Source of the DNA: Candidatus Latescibacterota bacterium
GTDB taxonomy: Bacteria > Latescibacterota > 4484-107
Reading direction: 5' to 3'
Assembly (NCBI GenBank): GCA_043804415.1
Contig: JAZDJA010000031.1
Coordinates: 1-60,216, forward strand
DNA length: 60,216 nt
Positions 18,080 to 27,956 of the stretch are shown here, one piece after another. A model generated the notes under the pieces. It was given only the letters and a program-made list of their open reading frames with translations, had not been told where the DNA came from and did not search any database. The stretch's first letter is position 1; each line of letters begins with the position of its first letter. A program made the translations under genes and the position numbers.

Positions 18080-19777
18080 TTACATTTCCTCCGGCGCCTG
18101 GATGCCCAACAGATACAGTCCCTTTGCCAACACGGTCTTGACCGCCGAAACGATCAGAATCCGGCCCTGCGACACCGCGGCATCCTCTCCGAGCACGCGG
18201 CAGGCGTGGTAGAAACGATTGGCCTCGGCGCTCAGATCGATCAGATACCGGGCGATCAGGGAAGGCTCATAGGATTCGGCTGCGGCCCGGATGGTTCCAG
18301 GAAAGGCCTCCAAGAGACGCACCACTGCCAATTCCTGATCGCTCGTCAGTAGCGAAAAATCTACGTCTGCGTCCACGGACTTCCCGAACTTTCGAACCAT
18401 ACTGCAGAACCGGGCATGGGTGTATTGCACATACGGCCCGGTCTCACCGTCAAAATTGAGGACCTCGTCCCAATCGAAGGTTATGTCTTTGATGCGCCGG
18501 GTGCTCAGATCCGCAAACTGCACCGCGCCAACCCCTACGGCGTGGGCCACTTCCTCCTTGTTTTCCAGATCTGGATTCTTCTGTTCGATAATCTCCTGCG
18601 TCAACGCCACAGCGCGCTCGAACACCTCCTCGAGAAAGACGATCTTGCCCTCCCGCGTGGACATCCGGCCTTCCTTGAACCGCATCGTGCCGAAGTTCAC
18701 GTGAACGCATTTCCCGACCCACTCGCATCCCATCAGTTCCAGGACCTTGAACAACTGCTGGAAGTGCAGGTTCTGCTGGGCGCCGACTACGTAGATCATC
18801 TTCTCAAATCCGAACTGTTCGTGGCGATAGAGCGCGGCCGCGATATCACGGGTTTGATACAGCGAGGCCCCATCACTCTTGCGGATCAGATACGCGGGCA
18901 GATCGTGCTCGGACAGATCCACGATCTGGGCTCCTTCGCTTTTTCTAAGCAGCCCCTTTTCCGCCATGGAGGCGATGGTATCGTCAAGCATCTCGTTGTA
19001 AAAGCTCTCGCCCCAGTAATGATCGAAACGGATTCCGATCTGCTCATAGATGCCCTTGAGTTCTGTCAGACTGAGATCGCGAAAGAGCTGCCACAGCCGC
19101 GTGGCTTCCTCGTCGCCATCCTCCAGTTTCACAAACCATCCGCGCGCCTCATCCGCCAGAGACGGATTGGATTCGGCCTCCTGATGGAACTTCACATACA
19201 GATCGAGCAGATAGTGGATGGGTGCTTCCTTGAGCAGTTCCTCTTTTCCCCATCGTTTATACGCAACGATCACCGTGCCGAACTGCGTGCCCCAGTCGCC
19301 CAGATGATTGATCCCCACGCACGTGTACCCGAGCGCCTGATAGATCCGATAGAGCGCGTGCCCGATGGCTGTGGTCCGAAGATGATGGATGCCGATGGGC
19401 TTGGCAATATTCGGAGAAGAGTAGTCGATCACCACCGTCTTGCCAGCGCCTTCATCCGAGGTGCCGTATTGGGCGCCCTGATCGAAAACCTCCGCCAGCA
19501 CGAACGCGGCCAGCTGGTCCCGCTTGATCTTGAAATTGAGATAGGGCCCCGCATCTGAAACCGACTCGATCAGCTCACCCGGCTCGAGCTTCGCGGCCAG
19601 TTCCTGGGCGATGGCAGCCGGTGATTTGCGCATCGTCTTTGCGAGCGTAAAACACCCAAATGCATACTCCCCCATCTCAGGGCTCGGCGGAGGCGCGATC
19701 TGTCCTGCAATCTCTTCCGCGGAAAGGTCCGCATGCGCAGCGATGTTTGCAGCGATTTCCTGGATAAATGGATTCAT
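18080..19777 (-). CDS. argS: Arginyl-tRNA synthetase
   Basis: IDYSSPNIAKP...HHLR, HLGDWGTQFG, MSTREG, FDGETGPYVQYTHAR, C-terminal PEEM. Confidence 0.97.
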   Translation of the reverse strand: MNPFIQEIAANIAAHADLSAEEIAGQIAPPPSPEMGEYAFGCFTLAKTMRKSPAAIAQELAAKLEPGELIESVSDAGPYLNFKIKRDQLAAFVLAEVFDQGAQYGTSDEGAGKTVVIDYSSPNIAKPIGIHHLRTTAIGHALYRIYQALGYTCVGINHLGDWGTQFGTVIVAYKRWGKEELLKEAPIHYLLDLYVKFHQEAESNPSLADEARGWFVKLEDGDEEATRLWQLFRDLSLTELKGIYEQIGIRFDHYWGESFYNEMLDDTIASMAEKGLLRKSEGAQIVDLSEHDLPAYLIRKSDGASLYQTRDIAAALYRHEQFGFEKMIYVVGAQQNLHFQQLFKVLELMGCEWVGKCVHVNFGTMRFKEGRMSTREGKIVFLEEVFERAVALTQEIIEQKNPDLENKEEVAHAVGVGAVQFADLSTRRIKDITFDWDEVLNFDGETGPYVQYTHARFCSMVRKFGKSVDADVDFSLLTSDQELAVVRLLEAFPGTIRAAAESYEPSLIARYLIDLSAEANRFYHACRVLGEDAAVSQGRILIVSAVKTVLAKGLYLLGIQAPEEM

Positions 19778-19800
19778 ATTGTCTGTTGCCTGTTCAAGGG

Positions 19801-19863
19801 TTCAGGATTCAGGGGTCAGGCTTTACGTTTCACGTTTTACGCTTTACGCTTCACGCTTCACGC
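19801..19863. repeat. Heptamer microsatellites (TCAGGRK)n and (TTTCACG/TTTACGC)n
   Basis: TTCAGGATTCAGGGGTCAGG then ACGTTTCACGTTTTACGCTTTACGCTTCACGCTTCACGC, overlapping the stop of the creatininase gene. Confidence 0.85.
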
Positions 19864-20543
19864 GCCTCTTCTTCCCCTTCTTCATGCAGGAGTGCCGTAA
19901 CCCGCTCGGACATGCGGGCTACAATTGCGTCCACAATCTCCCGCCCTACCTCGGGGGAAGCGTGCTCCGTCGGATCGTCTCCGAATACGCCCTCCAGCTC
20001 CTCCTTCGGATCAGCCCTCAATCGTGTCATATCCACCAGATCCGGCCTCAGATACATCAGGATGGAGGTCTCCCATTTGGCCGCATGATCTCCGGTGTAA
20101 CCCATGTCGGTCACCACTTCGTATTCCGCAAGCGCCCAAACCCGCATCGCCTTTCCCGCCGAAAACTTCTCGGCCACCTCCTTAAGCGTGGCCACATGTC
20201 TGGAGCTGTAGTGCCCGGCCAGGATCACCGCGACCGTAAAGCCCTGCGATTCCAGTCCGCCCAGAAGATCATACGCCATCGCCCGGATCGTGGCCTCCTT
20301 GTTCTCCAGAGAGTGCCGAAATCCTGTCCGCATCATCGTGTGATGGCCGAAATACACCGGGGGAAGCACCGCACCTCCGGTCTTCGCAGCAACCCGATCG
20401 CAGATCGCCGCCGCTTTGATCCCGTCGTTTCCGATGGCAAGATGCGGTCCGTGCCATTCCAATGCCCCCCAAGGCACAAAAACCACCGGGGTCTGCTCCA
20501 GTATTCCCTCGATCTGTTGCGGCAGCAGCTCCTCGTATTTCAT
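19851..20543 (-). CDS. Creatininase-family amidohydrolase
   Basis: P.GALEWHGPHL..GND, GH, DHAA.WETS.....RPDLV. Confidence 0.88.
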   Translation of the reverse strand: MKYEELLPQQIEGILEQTPVVFVPWGALEWHGPHLAIGNDGIKAAAICDRVAAKTGGAVLPPVYFGHHTMMRTGFRHSLENKEATIRAMAYDLLGGLESQGFTVAVILAGHYSSRHVATLKEVAEKFSAGKAMRVWALAEYEVVTDMGYTGDHAAKWETSILMYLRPDLVDMTRLRADPKEELEGVFGDDPTEHASPEVGREIVDAIVARMSERVTALLHEEGEEEAREA

Positions 20544-20709
20544 CCTCTATGCCCCCCCATTACGATGGCTATCGATCTCGGCCACTTTTCTCCCCATCGC
20601 CAACAACCACTCTCCGCCCGCCCGGAAAGGAAGACAACGAAAACACCCATGGGGAGACGCCTGCCTGCTCGCCCTTTTCCCACCTTCTCTCTTTCTCCGT
20701 GTCTCCCCC

Positions 20710-21549
20710 CTAACGCTCCAGAATATAGTCCATGGATCGCGAGGTATTGCAGATCAGCGCTTCGGGATGATGGGTATAGGGCGGGATCATCTCCGCGGTG
20801 GCGTAGGAATCATATCCGACCTTCCGAAGTGCAGCCACCACCTCCGGCCAGTTGACATCTCCCTCCAACAGATCCACAAAACCGTCCAGGGTGCCCACGT
20901 TCCTCCTGAAATCCTTGAAATGTACCCGTTTGATCCGCCTGCCGAGGATTTGGATCCAGTGTTCCGGATAGCCCGTGGCGATCACGTTGCCCACGTCAAA
21001 ATAAGCGCCCACGTATTCGCTGCCCACCGCATCCACAAAATCCCGCATCTCCAGGGGACTGAGCAAGAACTTGTTCCACACGTTCTCCACACCCACCGAC
21101 ACCTGCAATTTCTCCGCCAACGGGGCCAGTTCTTTGATGGCCGCCAGTGCCCGCCCATACGCTACGTCGTACGGAACGACCTCGCTTCCGGGCACAAAAT
21201 CCACCCCGACCGCGCCGGGCACCACAAGAATTGCGCCCACGCCCAGCCAACTGGCGATTTCCAACTGTTTTTTGGCGACATCCAGCGCCTTTCTCCGCAT
21301 ATCCGCGTCATCGCTCGTCATCGAGTAGGACCAGAACAACCCCGTGGCCAGACTGGCCAATTCGATTCCGATCCGGTCCGCGGTTTCCCGAAGGGCGCGA
21401 ATTTTCTGCTCCGTGGAGGAAAGTGCCACATCTCCGTCTTCCGCGAGCGCCAACTCGATGGCGTCGAATCCCGCATCCTTGGCCAATTTCATGCATGCGG
21501 TCGCCGTATCCTTGGCGAACGCCCACTGGCTGATGCTTTTCTTGATCAT
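20710..21549 (-). CDS. Sugar phosphate isomerase/epimerase (xylose-isomerase-like TIM barrel)
   Basis: ENVWNKFLLSPLE, YFDVGN, VHFKDF, LLEGDVNW. Confidence 0.88.
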   Translation of the reverse strand: MIKKSISQWAFAKDTATACMKLAKDAGFDAIELALAEDGDVALSSTEQKIRALRETADRIGIELASLATGLFWSYSMTSDDADMRRKALDVAKKQLEIASWLGVGAILVVPGAVGVDFVPGSEVVPYDVAYGRALAAIKELAPLAEKLQVSVGVENVWNKFLLSPLEMRDFVDAVGSEYVGAYFDVGNVIATGYPEHWIQILGRRIKRVHFKDFRRNVGTLDGFVDLLEGDVNWPEVVAALRKVGYDSYATAEMIPPYTHHPEALICNTSRSMDYILER

Positions 21550-21675
21550 ATGCCGCTCCTTTGAAATCTGCGGGGGAATGCTCCCCACAGAGAGGATGGA
21601 CGCAAAACAGACGCCCCCATCGGGTGCTTGAGGTGCGCTGCGTATGCTGCCGTAGTGCTCTTTTGGTATTCACAA

Positions 21676-21704
21676 AAGGTATAGTATTTCAAGCCCCTTG
21701 TCAA
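21676..21704 (-). promoter_or_regulatory. Sigma70-type promoter for the long minus-strand unit
   Basis: TTGACA (21704-21699), 17 bp spacer, TACCTT. Confidence 0.5.
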
Positions 21705-22118
21705 GCGAAAACTATGCAAATCGGCCATCTCCGGGAGGGCGTATTGGTTTCACACCAGCCTTCCTTTCTGGGAACGCAAACTCAACGCCTTGGGTCAGGA
21801 AATGGAGACGCAAGTTGTGAGTCGGAAGAGAACACCACCAGAACAACAAACTGCCAACACTGGCTGTAGAAAATGTCCGGCGCATGGATCTCGTTGCTCA
21901 CTAATCGAAGGACAGAACGATTGTGGAAGAGGCCGTCCCGCATTTGAAGAATCGGGCACGTATCGGACGCTGATTGCGCGACTTGAAGGTTTGAAAGCCG
22001 AGGTTTCCTCGTCCGAGAAGAGAAGGCCACACAGAAGATATCAGATGACGAGGGGCAGCGGTATATTCTGATGCCAAGACGCAGGAGACGCCTGTCTTCT
22101 ATCTGCCGGCATTTTTTC

Positions 22119-22147
22119 TTGACAATACCTTTCCAATGTATTATACT
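22119..22147 (+). promoter_or_regulatory. Sigma70-type promoter
   Basis: TTGACA, 17 bp spacer, TATACT. Confidence 0.75.
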
Positions 22148-22422
22148 CCTGCAAGCGTTCAGATGTGTTCCTTGCTCTTAGGGCAGAGACAGCAACGATC
22201 AAAGAACCCCAGAAAAACAAGCTCCATATAGGGGGCGATGAGAAGACAACCTGTAAGAATGAACATTACACCGAGTACCGCGTAATTGCGCAGAGAGGAG
22301 GAACAAGTTCCGGTATCGGTGCGGACGGAGAAGTTGGCTCATGAACGGAAGTCCAGATTAGTTCGTCTCCGGTTATTGGTGGCTGCCGGATAGGGAGTTC
22401 CCCAAAACACAAGGAGAGAAAG

Positions 22423-23595
22423 ATGAAAACAATTCTTGCCAAGTCAGTCGCGGGAACCTTGATCATCGGTGCGGTCTTCTCAGTTGGGTGTGCTGCGCAG
22501 AAAGAGGCGGTTGTTCGTTCAACAACAGCCGCTGAGCAGTATGGCAGTCCAATGCTCTCCGAAAGGAACGATCTGGATTCCAGATTGGCTGAGTTAACCC
22601 GGCAGATCGTGAATAGCCTCACAAAAACAGGAAAAACCAAAATCGCCGTCATTGAATTCTCCGATTTGGATGGGAATATCACCGAATTTGGCAAGTATCT
22701 ATCTGAGGAGTTGATTACACGCCTTTTTACTACTGGGAAGTTCGAAGTTGTGGAAAGGCAATTGCTCAACAAGGTTTTGGAGGAACATAAGCTGACGTTG
22801 ACAGGATTAATTGATGAGACCTCGGCGAAAGAATTGGGAAAGATTTTAGGGGTTGATGCTATTGCTTCGGGCTCGGTTACGGATTTGGGTGCCAGCGTCA
22901 AGGTCAATGCCCGGCTTATCGCTACTGAAACCGGGTCGGTATTTGCTGTCGCGGCGGTGAAAATTGTTAAAGATGCCACAGTCGAAAAATTGATGCAAAA
23001 AGTAAGTTCTGTTGCTATCGCTGCTACTGCGAAACCTTCTACGCCCCAGTCAACAACTACCCCAACTAAAGATAAAACAGGTAAAATTTTCTATTTTGAA
23101 GACTTTTCTGGTACTGGGGCAGGTGAATTGCCTGACGGATGGATAGGTGGTAAAGCACTGGTAAAGAAGGAGGGACAGAAGAGTTTTATAACTAACTTTC
23201 AGAAAGGAGAACAAGCTATAACTACTAGTGAAATTGAATTTCCAGAAGATTGGGAATTAGAGATAAAGCTGAAGTTAGGTGCTAGAGGTAGTAGTGATGG
23301 AGTTAGCTTTCGAATTGATGTATCAAATCTATACGTGTACAGACACTATTACGATAGCTCCTTGTTTAACTTAGACGGAACCGAATGCTCTGGCGGATCT
23401 AACATTTATGGGGAAAACTTTTTTCTATCAATTCGTAAGAGAGGAAATGTCTTCAAACTTTTTTTGAATAGGGTCGAAATCGGTGTTATACGAAAGCCTA
23501 ATTTTAAAACCCCTAGATCTATCACGTTTTCCTTCGGGGTTAATTACACCACTGAGGCCTATCGTATTCATGAAATTGTTGGAAGAAGACTATAA
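22423..23595 (+). CDS. FlgO/CsgG-family lipoprotein with an AT-rich-encoded C-terminal beta domain
   Basis: Lipobox SVGC; KIAVIEF, FEVVER..L..VL.E, A.ELGKILGVDAI..GS, VNARLI.TETG; P/T linker, then FYFEDFS....GELP.GW domain. Confidence 0.8.
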   Translation: MKTILAKSVAGTLIIGAVFSVGCAAQKEAVVRSTTAAEQYGSPMLSERNDLDSRLAELTRQIVNSLTKTGKTKIAVIEFSDLDGNITEFGKYLSEELITRLFTTGKFEVVERQLLNKVLEEHKLTLTGLIDETSAKELGKILGVDAIASGSVTDLGASVKVNARLIATETGSVFAVAAVKIVKDATVEKLMQKVSSVAIAATAKPSTPQSTTTPTKDKTGKIFYFEDFSGTGAGELPDGWIGGKALVKKEGQKSFITNFQKGEQAITTSEIEFPEDWELEIKLKLGARGSSDGVSFRIDVSNLYVYRHYYDSSLFNLDGTECSGGSNIYGENFFLSIRKRGNVFKLFLNRVEIGVIRKPNFKTPRSITFSFGVNYTTEAYRIHEIVGRRL

Positions 23596-23623
23596 GGACG
23601 TAAAAAGGCAAATCTTTTCTTTT

Positions 23624-23650
23624 GGCCCCGCCCGGTCGGGGCTTTTTGTT
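23624..23650 (+). terminator. Rho-independent terminator
   Basis: GCCCCG / CGGGGC stem followed by TTTTTGTTTT. Confidence 0.75.
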
Positions 23651-23669
23651 TTCGTCTGGGTTTCTTGGC

Positions 23670-23698
23670 TTGACAAGGGCCGCTCTTTTCCGTAATTT
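23670..23698 (+). promoter_or_regulatory. Possible sigma70 promoter
   Basis: TTGACA, 17 bp spacer, TAATTT. Confidence 0.5.
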
Positions 23699-23729
23699 CC
23701 AAAAAGTATAGCCTGTTGTGCATGATACA

Positions 23730-23762
23730 AGACTTCCGAAGTCTGTCAGACTTCGGAAGTCT
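23730..23762. repeat. Perfect palindrome (REP-like)
   Basis: AGACTTCCGAAGTCT-GTC-AGACTTCGGAAGTCT, 15-bp arms. Confidence 0.85.
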
Positions 23763-23781
23763 AACTTTTCAGGACACCCCC

Positions 23782-24693
23782 GTGATCCTATCCTATCACA
23801 AAATAGATGCCCGATTCGAGTGGGGCATAACCTGGGTTACCCCGGCGCAGTTTGAGCGCCAGATGGCGCTTCTGAACGAGCGGGGATACGAGGCGGTTTC
23901 CGTGAGGGATTGGGCACTGCGGACCGCGGAATGCGGAATGAGAAATGAGAAATCCGAATCACTGATGACGGGGATCCTCACGGATACCACGGACCCCCTT
24001 CCCACACCCACCGCCGGGGAAGAGAAGGACGGATCAGTGAGATCAGTGCTACCATCGGTGGGTTCAGCGGTACCGCAATCCGAAATCGGGCGGACAATCG
24101 CCCTGAGTTTCGAGGATGGGTATGCGAGCGTATATGAGCAGGCGTGGCCGATCATGGAGCAATACGGGTTCCGGGGCACGCTTTTCGTGGTGGCCGGATA
24201 CGTGGGGAAGGAGAATGGGTGGGGCGCCAATTTCGGCGGACGGCGGTTTCGACATTTGGACTGGCCTCAGCTGAAGGCTCTGGCCGCGGCTGGATGGGAG
24301 ATTGGGAGCCATTCCTGGTCGCACCGCGATCTGACCGCCCTGACGACAGAGGAGTTGACGCGGGAGCTTCGGGAATCCAAACGGTCCCTGGAGGATGCAC
24401 TGGGCGTTTCCGTGGACACGCTGTCCTACCCTTTTGGACGCTATGACGAGCGGGTGCGGGATGCTGCTTTTGCGGCCGGGTATCGGGGCGGATGCGTGTA
24501 TTTCCCGCTCCGGGACGATTCGTTCAGCTTGGCGCAGACGGCGGTATACCGGATGGATACCATGCTGGATTTTACGGCCAAGGTGACGGGGAATGTGCTC
24601 TCCGGGTTGGAGCGCTTCCGGGGACGCTTGATCAACAGTCTCGCCGTGGGAACGCCGATTATGCAGCGGTTGGGAATTGTTAGAGTCAGGTAA
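23782..24693 (+). CDS. Polysaccharide deacetylase (CE4/NodB) carrying an in-frame palindromic insertion
   Basis: ILSYHKI, F..QM..L...GY, SFEDGY, EIGSHSWSH, SYPFG.Y. Confidence 0.85.
   Translation: MILSYHKIDARFEWGITWVTPAQFERQMALLNERGYEAVSVRDWALRTAECGMRNEKSESLMTGILTDTTDPLPTPTAGEEKDGSVRSVLPSVGSAVPQSEIGRTIALSFEDGYASVYEQAWPIMEQYGFRGTLFVVAGYVGKENGWGANFGGRRFRHLDWPQLKALAAAGWEIGSHSWSHRDLTALTTEELTRELRESKRSLEDALGVSVDTLSYPFGRYDERVRDAAFAAGYRGGCVYFPLRDDSFSLAQTAVYRMDTMLDFTAKVTGNVLSGLERFRGRLINSLAVGTPIMQRLGIVRVR
23919..24095. repeat. ~170-bp nested imperfect palindrome inside the deacetylase CDS
   Basis: Arms CGGAATGCGG/CCGCAATCCG, GAATCACTGATG/CATCGGTGGGTTC, CACGGATACCACGGA/TCAGTGAGATCAGTG, CTTCCC/GGGAAG; GCGGAC direct repeats 171 bp apart. 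Confidence 0.75.
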
Positions 24694-24741
24694 AGGTAGA
24701 GGCAAAGAAAAACAGGGTCTCTCTCTACCTTTACCTCTACC
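24688..24741. repeat. Hexamer-based hairpin overlapping the deacetylase stop codon
   Basis: AGGTAAAGGTAGAG (24688-24701) / CTCTACCTTTACCT (24723-24736), a perfect 14-bp inverted repeat. Confidence 0.8.
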
Positions 24742-24774
24742 TGCTTTTCCAGAAGTTCAAAGGAGGACAACTGA

Positions 24775-26412
24775 GTGACGTCACAGTGGGACATGTTTTC
24801 GTTTTTCGGCCTGTTGGGAGGGTTGAGCCTGTTTCTCTTCGGGATGCGGTTCGGGAGCCGGGGGCTTCAGAAGGCGGCGGGATGGCGGCTTCGAGCCATA
24901 TTGAGCTCGCTGACGAAGAATCGGTTCGTTGGGGTCTTGGTCGGAATTTTAATTACGTTTATCACGCAGAGCAGCAGCGCGACGACGGTGATGCTGGTGG
25001 GGTTCACGGATGCGGGATTGCTGGTGCTGCGGCAGACGCTGGGGATCATCCTGGGAGCGGATGTCGGGACAACAATCACGGTGCAGTTGATTTCGTTTAA
25101 GATTTTTGACTTTGCGCTGCTGATCATTGCGGTGGGGTTTCTGATTATGACCGTGTGCAAAACCCGGCCGCGTCAAAGCATCGGACAGATTGTGATGGGA
25201 TTCGGGATGATCTTTCTGGGGATGAAGATCATGGCGGAGTCCGTGGAGCCGTTGAGGGAATCGCCGATTTTGCGGATGATCCTTCAGGAAGGTGGGAAAA
25301 ATCCGTTGCTCGGCGTATTTCTGGCAACCGCCTTTACCGCGCTGATTCAGAGCAGCGGGGCCACGTTGGGACTGGTGCTGTCGCTGTCGTTTCAGGGGCT
25401 GCTGAATTTGGAATCCGCGCTTCCGCTGATTTTTGGAGCCAACATCGGAACGTGCGCCACCGCCCTGCTCGCGAGTTCCGGGACGAACGTACACGCCCGG
25501 CGCGTGGCCTGGGCGCATACGATTTTCAAAATCATGGGCGTCCTGCTCTTTTTGCCATTTATAAATGGGTTTGCCCACATAGTTGCATGGACCGCCGATG
25601 ACCTTTCCCGCCAGATCGCGAACGCGCACTCGCTGTTCAACATGGCGATGACGCTGATTTGCTTGCCCCTCGTTCCCTTGTTTGCACGGCTGGTGGAACG
25701 GCTCGTGAAGGATGAAAAGGGCGAGGAGGCGTTTCAACCCAAGCATCTGGACGAGCGCGTACTGCATATCCCCTCGCTGGGATTGGCGCAGGCGATGCGG
25801 GAGGTGATGCGGATGGCGGACCGAGCGTATGATATGTTGGAGCGAGTGATGCCGGTGCTCAAAGGGAACGACGATGTGCTGCGGCAACAGATTATCGCGA
25901 TGGACGATCAGGTCGATCTGTTGGATGAGTCCATCACAGCTTATCTGACACGGATTTCCCGGCAAGAGCTTTCGGAGGAGGAGTCGTCTTATGAGACTGC
26001 GCTGTTGTTCGTGGTGCGGGAGATCGAGCGGATCGGCGACATTGTGAGCAAGGATCTGATGACGTACGCAGGGAAGAAGATCGAGCAAAATTTCTATTTT
26101 TCGCACGAAGGATTCCACGAGATCCGGGATTTTCATGCGCGGGTGCTGAACAATGTGCGGGTGGCGATCGATGCGTTTGCCACGTCCGATGAGAGTCTGG
26201 CCCGGGGGCTGATCGACGAGGATCGTCAGATCGCCCTGCTTGAGAAGGAACTCGAGCGTTCCCATCTCGACAGGCTGAGTCAAGGCCAGGCCGAGAGCTT
26301 TCAGACGAGCACGGTGCATCTGGATCTGATCAGCGATTTGCGCCGCGTTCATTCGCACGCCTGCGGGATCGCCATGGCAATCCTCGGGAGATTTAAAGAG
26401 CGGGAAGCGTGA
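24775..26412 (+). CDS. Na+/Pi cotransporter family protein with PhoU domains
   Basis: [43 protein letters not shown], two C-terminal PhoU repeats. Confidence 0.92.
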   Translation: MTSQWDMFSFFGLLGGLSLFLFGMRFGSRGLQKAAGWRLRAILSSLTKNRFVGVLVGILITFITQSSSATTVMLVGFTDAGLLVLRQTLGIILGADVGTTITVQLISFKIFDFALLIIAVGFLIMTVCKTRPRQSIGQIVMGFGMIFLGMKIMAESVEPLRESPILRMILQEGGKNPLLGVFLATAFTALIQSSGATLGLVLSLSFQGLLNLESALPLIFGANIGTCATALLASSGTNVHARRVAWAHTIFKIMGVLLFLPFINGFAHIVAWTADDLSRQIANAHSLFNMAMTLICLPLVPLFARLVERLVKDEKGEEAFQPKHLDERVLHIPSLGLAQAMREVMRMADRAYDMLERVMPVLKGNDDVLRQQIIAMDDQVDLLDESITAYLTRISRQELSEEESSYETALLFVVREIERIGDIVSKDLMTYAGKKIEQNFYFSHEGFHEIRDFHARVLNNVRVAIDAFATSDESLARGLIDEDRQIALLEKELERSHLDRLSQGQAESFQTSTVHLDLISDLRRVHSHACGIAMAILGRFKEREA

Positions 26413-26488
26413 GCAGATTGGCGGACTCAGGCACCGCATATACCTTAAGCCACGAAACGACCCACGGACACGAATGGAGTGTATCACG

Positions 26489-27781
26489 ATGGAACGGATC
26501 TATATTGCCGAGATCGGGAAGCACGAAGGGCACGAGGTAACCATCAAGGGATGGTTGTATAACAAGCGCTCCAGCGGGAAGCTGCACTTTCTGCAGGTGC
26601 GGGACGGCACCGAGATCGTTCAGTGTGTGATGTTTAAGGGAGACGTGTCGGACGAGATGTTTGCGCGCTCAGGTGCGGCGACGCAGGAGTCCTCTGTGGT
26701 GGTCCGCGGCGTGGTGCGGGCGGATAATCGGTCAGCCATCGGATATGAGATCGGGGTGACGGATCTTGAGATCGTGCAGGCCGCCCAGGAGTATCCGATC
26801 ACCAAAAAGGACCATGGGGTGGCCTTTCTCATGGATCACCGGCATCTCTGGCTGCGTTCGTCCAGACAGCACGCGATCCTGCGCGTCCGAAGCGAGATCA
26901 TAAAGGCTTGCCGGGATTATTTTGACGAACGGAGCTTCACTTTGGTGGATGCCCCGATCTTTACGCCTGCGGCGTGCGAAGGAACCACGACCTTATTTGA
27001 GACGGACTATTTTGAGGAAAAGGCGTATCTGACGCAGAGCGGGCAGTTGTATATGGAGGCAGCCGCGGCCGCGTTTGGGAAGGCCTATTGTTTCGGGCCG
27101 GTCTTTCGGGCGGAAAAATCCAAGACGCGCAGGCATCTTACCGAGTTCTGGATGATTGAGCCGGAGGTGGCTTACTGCGATCTGGAAGAGGATATGGATC
27201 TGGCGGAGGATTTTGTATCTTACGTGGTGGAGCGCGTGCTGGCCCACTGCAGGCCGGAGCTCTTGGCTCTGGAGCGGGACGTGTCCCAGCTTGAGCAAAT
27301 ACGGAAGCCCTTTCCCCGGATCTCCTACGACCAGGCGCTTGCCCTTCTCGCGAAGCTGGGTGTGGACGTGCCCTGGGGGGAGGATTTTGGCGGGGATGAG
27401 GAGACCGTGCTCGCGAATCACTTCGAGAAGCCGGTGCTGGTTCATCGGTATCCAGCGCAGTGCAAGGCGTTCTATATGAAGACGGATCCGAAGGACGCGA
27501 AAAAGGCGTTGTGTGTGGATATGCTTGCTCCGGAGGGCTACGGGGAGATCATCGGCGGCGGTCAGCGGGAGGACGATCTAGCCACCTTGCAGCGGAAGAT
27601 CGGGGAGCACGGCCTTCCGAAGGAGGCGTTCGACTGGTATCTCGATCTCAGGCGGTATGGATCGGTGCCGCACGCGGGATTCGGGATGGGGATAGAGCGC
27701 GCCGTGGCGTGGATCTGCGGGCTCAAGCACGTGCGGGAGACGATCCCATTTCCGAGGATGTTGGACCGATTGCGGCCATAG
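26489..27781 (+). CDS. asnS: Asparaginyl-tRNA synthetase
   Basis: [68 protein letters not shown]. Confidence 0.95.
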   Translation: MERIYIAEIGKHEGHEVTIKGWLYNKRSSGKLHFLQVRDGTEIVQCVMFKGDVSDEMFARSGAATQESSVVVRGVVRADNRSAIGYEIGVTDLEIVQAAQEYPITKKDHGVAFLMDHRHLWLRSSRQHAILRVRSEIIKACRDYFDERSFTLVDAPIFTPAACEGTTTLFETDYFEEKAYLTQSGQLYMEAAAAAFGKAYCFGPVFRAEKSKTRRHLTEFWMIEPEVAYCDLEEDMDLAEDFVSYVVERVLAHCRPELLALERDVSQLEQIRKPFPRISYDQALALLAKLGVDVPWGEDFGGDEETVLANHFEKPVLVHRYPAQCKAFYMKTDPKDAKKALCVDMLAPEGYGEIIGGGQREDDLATLQRKIGEHGLPKEAFDWYLDLRRYGSVPHAGFGMGIERAVAWICGLKHVRETIPFPRMLDRLRP

Positions 27782-27810
27782 ATCTCGGGGCTTGCATGAA
27801 ACTGCGATGG

Positions 27811-27840
27811 GGGGGTGTCCGAACGGGATGCCCCCTTTTT
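27811..27840 (+). terminator. Rho-independent terminator after asnS
   Basis: GGGGGTGTCC / GGATGCCCCC stem followed by TTTTT. Confidence 0.7.
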
Positions 27841-27956
27841 GTTCGAAGGCGGGATCCAATCCCGTCTCCCGATAGTCTGATCGGCATCCGACCTTCTCGT
27901 GCCCACTCCTCCTGTAAATGGCCGAGTTCAGACGTGAGAAACCGAATCGCGCGAAC

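Noticed and set aside
21775-21860. Resemblance to a c-di-GMP-I riboswitch (GCAAAC...GAGACGCAAG...CTGCC) or tmRNA resume motif
   Set aside because: No GNRA-capped P2 stem, weak P3 pairing, and it lies upstream of the promoter of the next gene. No tag peptide ending in AA* and no tRNA-like ends. An Rfam cmsearch would settle it.
21790-22071. 93-aa ORF followed by a hairpin and T tract
   Set aside because: No recognisable motif or clear RBS, so it cannot be supported as a gene.
24949-26487. Long antisense ORFs (512 aa here; also 18416..19558, 42348..43622, 45391..46614, 48411..49601, 52688..54016)
   Set aside because: Shadow frames opposite well-conserved genes, expected in GC-rich coding DNA.
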